This document shows positions 58,428-64,000 of a stretch of 64,000 nucleotides of DNA, in pieces. This DNA is from Actinomycetota bacterium (lineage in GTDB: Bacteria; Actinomycetota; Acidimicrobiia; Spongiisociales; UBA11373), in assembly GCA_020444505.1 (NCBI GenBank), contig JAHLKU010000006.1, positions 3,254 through 67,253 of the forward strand, in the 5' to 3' direction. Numbering within the stretch: position 1 is the first letter of the stretch; each line of letters opens with the position of its first letter. The position numbers and the translations under genes were made by a program. The notes beneath the pieces were generated by a model that ran no database searches, was not told where the DNA came from, and was given only the letters and a program-made list of their open reading frames with translations.

Positions 58428-60053
58428 ATGCCCCCCGACCGCAATCCCTGGATCACCGGGCTCCTGACCGGGGCCGTGCTGGCGACCACCAGCGTGATCC
58501 TCTTCGTGCTGTTCTCCTCGTCCGGCGGCGAGACCCCCGGCACCACCCTGGCCGGCTCCACCTCCACCACCACCGGGGACGGCTCGACCTCCTCCACGGA
58601 GCCTTCCACCACCGCCACCACCGGGGGGGACACCACCGAGGCCACCACCAGCACCACCACGACCACGACGGTCCCGCTCGACCCGTGGGTGGACCGGCGC
58701 ACCGTCGGGCAGCCGTGGGGCGACGCCGTGGACGGCCTGCTCACCTTCCGGGGCAACCCCACCAACACCTGGTACGGCACCGGCCCGATCCCCGAGACCG
58801 TCCCGACCCGGCTGTGGCGCTACCCCGACAGCCCGATGTGCTCGGACTCCACCGACCTGGGCACCACGAGCCGCTGGTGCGGGAACGGGTGGACCGGCCA
58901 GCCGGTCATCTGGGAGCGCCCCGACGGGGTCACCGAGATGATCTTCGGCGCCTACGACCGGCGGCTCCACTTCGTGGACGCCGACACCGGCGAGGACACC
59001 CGGTCGTCGGTGCTCACCGGCGACATCATCAAGGGCACGCCGACCATCGACCCCGACGGCTACCCCCTGGTGTACTTCGGTTCGCGCGACAACTTCTACC
59101 GCATCATGGCGCTCGACCGGGGCGACGCCGTCGAGTTGTGGAAGGCCGAGGCCAACCTGGCGGTCGAGGGGCGCTGGAACGACGACTGGGACGCCAGCGG
59201 CCGCATCGTCAACGACATCCTCTTCGAAGGCGCCGAGAACGGGCTCTTCTACATCTGGAAGCTGAACCGGGGCTACGACGCCCAGGGCAAGGTGACGGTG
59301 GACCCCGAACTGCTCTTCAAGATGGAGTCGTACGACGACGAGTTGCTCGCCGCGATCGGGCCCTCCTACCCGGCGGTGAGCGTGGAGGACTCGGCGGCGC
59401 TGTTCGAGGGCGTCGTCTACTTCGCCAACTCCGGCGGGAGGATCCTGGGGCTCGACATCACCGACGTGGAGAACGGCAACGCCCCGATCGTCTTCGACTA
59501 CTGGGTGGGCGACGACGTGGACTCCGCGATCGTCATCGACGACGAGGGGATGCTGTACGTCTCGGCGCAGTACGAGCGCTACCTGCAGCGGGCGCGGGAC
59601 CTGGGCCAGGTGATCAAGCTCGACCCGTCCAAGCCCGACGATCCCTACGTCTGGGGCATGTACTCCCTCACCAACTCCCCGTGCAAGGGCGGCACCTGGA
59701 CCACCCCGGCCCTCGGCGACGGCGTGGTGTACACCGTCACCAACAAGGGGTACCTGGTGGCGATCGACCAGGAGACCGGCGAGGAGTTGTGGGTGGACGA
59801 CATCGACGACGGCAGCGGCTGCTACGCCGCCCCCCACCACATGTCGTCGCCGGTGATCGTCGACGGCCACCTGATCCTGGCGCTGGTCGACGGCCGCATC
59901 CGCAACTACGACCTGGCCGACCCCGCGGCCCCGGAGCTGGTCTGGGAGATGCAGCTCACCAGCGGGCGGATCGAGGCGACCCCCGCCGTCTGGGACGGCA
60001 GGATCTACGTCGCCGCCTGGGACGGCTACATGTACGCCGTCGGAGCCGGCTGA
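58428..60053 (+). CDS. Membrane-anchored PQQ-like/BamB-like beta-propeller protein
   Basis: TM anchor, Thr-rich linker, TFRGN, GWTGQP, Trp-docking repeats (TGEELW, IEATPAV..GRIYV). Confidence 0.8.
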   Translation: MPPDRNPWITGLLTGAVLATTSVILFVLFSSSGGETPGTTLAGSTSTTTGDGSTSSTEPSTTATTGGDTTEATTSTTTTTTVPLDPWVDRRTVGQPWGDAVDGLLTFRGNPTNTWYGTGPIPETVPTRLWRYPDSPMCSDSTDLGTTSRWCGNGWTGQPVIWERPDGVTEMIFGAYDRRLHFVDADTGEDTRSSVLTGDIIKGTPTIDPDGYPLVYFGSRDNFYRIMALDRGDAVELWKAEANLAVEGRWNDDWDASGRIVNDILFEGAENGLFYIWKLNRGYDAQGKVTVDPELLFKMESYDDELLAAIGPSYPAVSVEDSAALFEGVVYFANSGGRILGLDITDVENGNAPIVFDYWVGDDVDSAIVIDDEGMLYVSAQYERYLQRARDLGQVIKLDPSKPDDPYVWGMYSLTNSPCKGGTWTTPALGDGVVYTVTNKGYLVAIDQETGEELWVDDIDDGSGCYAAPHHMSSPVIVDGHLILALVDGRIRNYDLADPAAPELVWEMQLTSGRIEATPAVWDGRIYVAAWDGYMYAVGAG

Positions 60054-60121
60054 GCCGGGCGGGCAGGCCGGCGAGCGGAGCCGGGGGCGGTTGGCGCAGC
60101 CCTCCACCACAATGGGGGCCC

Positions 60122-60787
60122 ATGGACCCTGCGCCCGCACCTCCCCGTCGCTCCCCGTGGTGGCTCGCCGCGGCGGTGGTGGTGGTGATCGGAGCCGCCG
60201 CCTGGGCGGCCGGCGCCTCCGGGAGCGGCACGAGCGACCCGGTCCCCACGACCGGCCCCGCCGCCACCGACCCTTCCGGCCTGGAGCGGGTCGTGCAGGC
60301 CGAGGCGTTCTGGTGGGCTCTGGGTGACGGGGACCTCGCCACGGTGATGGGCTTCTTCTCGCCCGGCACAGGGTCGCCGCTCACCCACTACGCCGGGTAC
60401 ACGGCGGCGTTCGAGGCAGGGTACGAGCCGCAGGGGTGCCGGGTGGTGGCCGCCGACAGCGTCCGGTGCACGCTGCGGTCGTCCAACCCCGACCTCATCG
60501 ACCTCTACTGGGTGCGGTCGCAGACCACCGAGTGGGTGAGCGCCGGGACGGTGGCGTTCGACGAGGGCGGCATCACCGGCTTCCAGGAGCCCGGCCTCGT
60601 CACCACGGCCACCCCCCGCCTGGTCGAGGCCGCGGTCGCCGCAAGGGGCGCCCTGCCGGATGCGTGCGACCGGCTGCACCACGACGCCGCCGACCTGCCG
60701 CCCATCGACACGGGGGTCGCCCTGACGGCCGACTGTGCCGCCGCCCTGCTGCCGTACCTGCAGCCGGCCATCGCCGCGCAGGGCTAG
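60122..60787 (+). CDS. Membrane-anchored hypothetical protein
   Basis: N-terminal TM helix; extracytoplasmic domain with 4 Cys. Confidence 0.6.
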   Translation: MDPAPAPPRRSPWWLAAAVVVVIGAAAWAAGASGSGTSDPVPTTGPAATDPSGLERVVQAEAFWWALGDGDLATVMGFFSPGTGSPLTHYAGYTAAFEAGYEPQGCRVVAADSVRCTLRSSNPDLIDLYWVRSQTTEWVSAGTVAFDEGGITGFQEPGLVTTATPRLVEAAVAARGALPDACDRLHHDAADLPPIDTGVALTADCAAALLPYLQPAIAAQG

Positions 60788-62541
60788 CCGAGGCGGTCGT
60801 CGAGGAACTCCACCACCCGGCGGTAGGCGACCCGCCGGTTCGGCAGCTTCACGATGCCGTGGCCCTCGTCCTCGAACACCAGCAACTCGACGTCCCTCCC
60901 CAGGCCGCGCAGCCTGCCTGCGATCTGACGCGCTTCGCCCACCGGCACCCGGGGGTCGTTGGCGCCGTGCAGCACCAGCAGCGGGGCGGTGATCCGCTCC
61001 ACCATCGAGATCGGGGAGATCGATTCGAGGAACTCCCGATCCTCCGCGAGGCTGCCGTACTCCGCCTCCCGCAGCGCCCTCCGGTAGTCGCCGGTGTTCT
61101 CCAGGAACGTCACGAAGTTGGCGATCCCCACGATGTCCACCCCGGCGGCCCACAGATCTGGCTCGGTGGCCAGGGCGGCCAGGACCATGAACCCGCCGTA
61201 GGAACCGCCCATCACCGCCATCCGGCCGGCGGACGCCAGGCCCCCGGCCTGCACCCACCTGCCGACGGCCTGCAGGTCGGCGACCGAGTCCATGCGGCGG
61301 CGGCGGTCGTCCAGCGACTGGTAGGTGCGCCCGTACCCGCTGCTGCCCCGCACGTTGGGCGCCACGATCGTGTAGCCCGACGCCGCCAGGTACTGGTACA
61401 CCGGGTTGAATCCGGGCCGCTCCTGCGCCTCGGGGCCGCCGTGCACCGACACGATCACCCGGTCGCCCCCGCCGGCCGCCGGGTACACCCACACCGGCAC
61501 CTCGAGGCCGTCGAACGAGGCGACGGCGTCCAGGTGGGGCTCGACGAACGACCCGGGGTCGATGCCCGCGGTGGAGGAGCGGGTGACCCGCTCGGGGACC
61601 GCGGCGCCGGCCGGCAGCCGCCAGACGTCCGCATTGTGACGGGGGCCGGCGAACGTGAACAGGCAGGACCCGTCGGGCGCCGGCGACAGGCCCACCGCCA
61701 CCCCCATCGGGAGGGCCACTTCCTCGATCTCCTCCAGCGTCTCGGTGTCGAAGCGGGCCATCCGCCCGGCCCCACCGGCGTTGTGCGCCACCACGCCGGT
61801 GGAGCCGCGCACCGCGAGGTCGTCGACGTCGGCGTCGGCGGGACCGAACGGCGTCCACGCACCGCCGGCCAGGCGGTAGGCGCGCCGGAACTCGCCGTCC
61901 CGGTCGGACACCAGGTAGATGCGCCCCGCGTCGTCGAAGCCCACCGGCGCGTGGACCCGGGGCTCGTCGTGGGGAGTGAGGTCGACCACCTCGCCGCCGT
62001 CGAGCGACACCAGCCACACCGAGGAGTCCACATTGCTCTCGAAGTGGCCCACGAGGGCCGCCCGGCCGTCGGGCGACACCTCGGCCACCGAGTTCCAGCC
62101 CGGCAACTCGGCGACCAGGCGCTCCTGGCCGTCGAGCGAGCGGCGGTACAGGTCGAAGTCCACCCCGTTGCGGCGGTTGTCGCAGAACACGAACCAGGTG
62201 CCGTCGGGCCCGAAGTCCCCGAAGCGGTGGATGACCGCCGGGTCCTCCACCAGGGGGCGCTCGCCGAACCCGGATGGGTCCACCGCCAGCAGCTGCATCC
62301 GCTCGTTGCCGCCCGCGTCGCGGCTGAAGACCACGAGGGACGGATCGGTCGGCGATGCCGCCACCCCGCCGACCCGCTGGTCTGCGTAGGTGAGCTGGGT
62401 GGGCCATCCGCCGCCGGCCGGCACCGACCACGCCTGCGGCACCCCGGTGATCGTGGTGACGAAGACGACGGTGGCGCCGTCGGAGGTGGCCACGCCACCG
62501 GAGGCGGAGCGGATGTCGAGGTACCGGTCGAGGTCGGGCAT
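60784..62541 (-). CDS. S9 family peptidase (acylaminoacyl/dipeptidyl aminopeptidase)
   Basis: HGGPE, PNVRGSSGYG, GGSYGG, GANDPRV, DEGHG. Confidence 0.93.
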   Translation of the reverse strand: MPDLDRYLDIRSASGGVATSDGATVVFVTTITGVPQAWSVPAGGGWPTQLTYADQRVGGVAASPTDPSLVVFSRDAGGNERMQLLAVDPSGFGERPLVEDPAVIHRFGDFGPDGTWFVFCDNRRNGVDFDLYRRSLDGQERLVAELPGWNSVAEVSPDGRAALVGHFESNVDSSVWLVSLDGGEVVDLTPHDEPRVHAPVGFDDAGRIYLVSDRDGEFRRAYRLAGGAWTPFGPADADVDDLAVRGSTGVVAHNAGGAGRMARFDTETLEEIEEVALPMGVAVGLSPAPDGSCLFTFAGPRHNADVWRLPAGAAVPERVTRSSTAGIDPGSFVEPHLDAVASFDGLEVPVWVYPAAGGGDRVIVSVHGGPEAQERPGFNPVYQYLAASGYTIVAPNVRGSSGYGRTYQSLDDRRRRMDSVADLQAVGRWVQAGGLASAGRMAVMGGSYGGFMVLAALATEPDLWAAGVDIVGIANFVTFLENTGDYRRALREAEYGSLAEDREFLESISPISMVERITAPLLVLHGANDPRVPVGEARQIAGRLRGLGRDVELLVFEDEGHGIVKLPNRRVAYRRVVEFLDDRLG

Positions 62542-62613
62542 CGGTGGAGCGTACCCGGTCCCCGGCGGCCTCGGCCCCGGAGGGACCGGGTACCGGGGCT
62601 AGGATCGGAGATC

Positions 62614-64000
62614 GTGCTCTACGACTACTCCACCACCAGTGCCGCAAGCGTCCGCGCCGTCGTCGACGACGCCATCAGCGCCGCCGACGCCGCGGTCGAC
62701 CGCATCGTCTCCGCCGCCGGCGACCGCACCTGGGCGTCGACGATGGCCCCGCTCACCGAGATCGACGCCGCCCTCACCGAGGCGAGCGGCAAGGGCCCCT
62801 TCATGGCCAGGGTGCACCCCGACAAGGAGGTGCGCGACGCCGCGACCGAGGCCGAGGAGCGCCTCATCAAGTGGGCGTCCGATCTCACGTTCCGCCGCGA
62901 CCTGTACGAGGCCGTCGAGGGGTTCGCCGCCACGCCCGAGGCCGCAGGGCTCGAGGGCGAGGAGGCCCGCTATCTGGAGTTCGTCCGGCGCGACTTCCGC
63001 CGGGCGGGGCACGGCCTGACCGCCGACCAGCGGGCCGAGGTGCAGCGCATCCGCACCCGGCTGGTGGAGCTGGGCGTCGCCTTCGGCCGCAACATCGACG
63101 AGTACCAGGACGGGCTCGACCTCACCCGGGAGCAGCTGGACGGCATGGACGACGGCTACGTGTCGCGGCTGTCGCCGGGCGAGGAGGAGGGCACCTACCG
63201 GGTGTCGCTCGACTACCCCGACTACTACCCGTTCATGGACGAGGCCACCGACCGCGACCTGCGGCGGCAGATGCAGTACAAGTTCTACAACAAGGCGGTG
63301 GAGCAGAACCTGCCGCTGCTCGAAGAGACCATCGCGCTGCGGGCAGAGATGGCGTCGCTGTTCGGCCTCCCCTCCTGGGCCCATTACGGCATGGAGGAGA
63401 AGATGGCGAAGGACCCCGGGACGGTGGAGGCCTTCTACGCCGACCTGATCCCGCCGCTGCAGGAGATGGCGAAGGCCGAACTGGACGACCTGCGGGCCGA
63501 GATGGGGTCCGACGACGTCCAGGGATGGGACTACCGCTACCTCCACACCGCCATCCGCAAGGCGCGCTACGGCATCGATCCGAACCGGGTGGCCGCCTAC
63601 TTCCCGCTCCACCGCGTGCTCGAGGGCATGTTCGCCATCACCGGCGAGGTGTTCGGCCTCTCCTACGAGCAGGTGGACGACGTCCCGACCTGGCATCCCG
63701 ACGTCACGGTCCACCGCATCCTCGACGCCGCCACCGGCCGCCACCTGGCGACGTTCTACGCCGACCTCTTCCCCCGCGAGGGCAAGTTCGGCCACGCCGC
63801 CGCCTTCGATCTGGTGTCGGCCCACGAGGGACCCGACGGCTACGTGCTGCCGGTGACGGCGATCGCCGCCAACTTCACCAAGCCGACCGCGGACTCCCCG
63901 TCGCTGCTGAAGCACGACGAGGTGACCACGCTGTTCCACGAGTTCGGGCACGTGCTCCACAACAGCCTGGGCCACACCCGCCTGGCCCGCTTCTCGGGCT
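62614..64000 (+). CDS. M3 family metallopeptidase (thimet oligopeptidase-like), 3' truncated
   Basis: Open frame from GTG 62614; YFPL, DLFPREGKFGHAA, TLFHEFGH; missing from the ORF track because no stop occurs in the window. Confidence 0.92.
   Translation, partial: MLYDYSTTSAASVRAVVDDAISAADAAVDRIVSAAGDRTWASTMAPLTEIDAALTEASGKGPFMARVHPDKEVRDAATEAEERLIKWASDLTFRRDLYEAVEGFAATPEAAGLEGEEARYLEFVRRDFRRAGHGLTADQRAEVQRIRTRLVELGVAFGRNIDEYQDGLDLTREQLDGMDDGYVSRLSPGEEEGTYRVSLDYPDYYPFMDEATDRDLRRQMQYKFYNKAVEQNLPLLEETIALRAEMASLFGLPSWAHYGMEEKMAKDPGTVEAFYADLIPPLQEMAKAELDDLRAEMGSDDVQGWDYRYLHTAIRKARYGIDPNRVAAYFPLHRVLEGMFAITGEVFGLSYEQVDDVPTWHPDVTVHRILDAATGRHLATFYADLFPREGKFGHAAAFDLVSAHEGPDGYVLPVTAIAANFTKPTADSPSLLKHDEVTTLFHEFGHVLHNSLGHTRLARFSG

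Noticed and set aside
62599-63975. 458-aa minus-strand ORF
   Set aside because: Shadow of the plus-strand M3 peptidase, which has the HEFGH motif and runs off the window

Overview
Very GC-rich bacterial chromosomal window, most consistent with Actinomycetota (probably Acidimicrobiia; inferred from NucS, UdgB, Lat, an F420-type LLM enzyme, actinobacterial SufB/SufU, Thr-rich stalk proteins and many leaderless starts). It holds about 65 densely packed genes and no recognisable rRNA, tRNA, CRISPR array, transposase or integrase. Main content: surface-polysaccharide genes; pepA and a PduO-type adenosyltransferase; a Sat-CysC fusion; lat; tkt; lpdA-E2 followed by a LipB-LipA fusion; an isobutyryl-CoA-mutase-type B12 mutase operon with small unknown genes; DsbB plus two TlpA paralogues; a SUF system split into three loci with two different SufC genes; fumC; a group-2 sigma factor; a LysR/DinB pair divergent from a membrane-tethered octaheme OTR-type cytochrome; an archaeal-type GAPDH-like gene; a heterodimeric ABC exporter; a DtxR-feoABC operon with a 30-bp palindrome; and several peptidases. 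The best candidates for new biology are the surface-anchored octaheme/LysR/DinB module, the two-SufC SUF system with a possible pseudoknot upstream of sufB, a structured leader on lat, the IcmA operon, and two apparent pseudoenzymes. All assignments come from motifs read by eye; no database searches were run.
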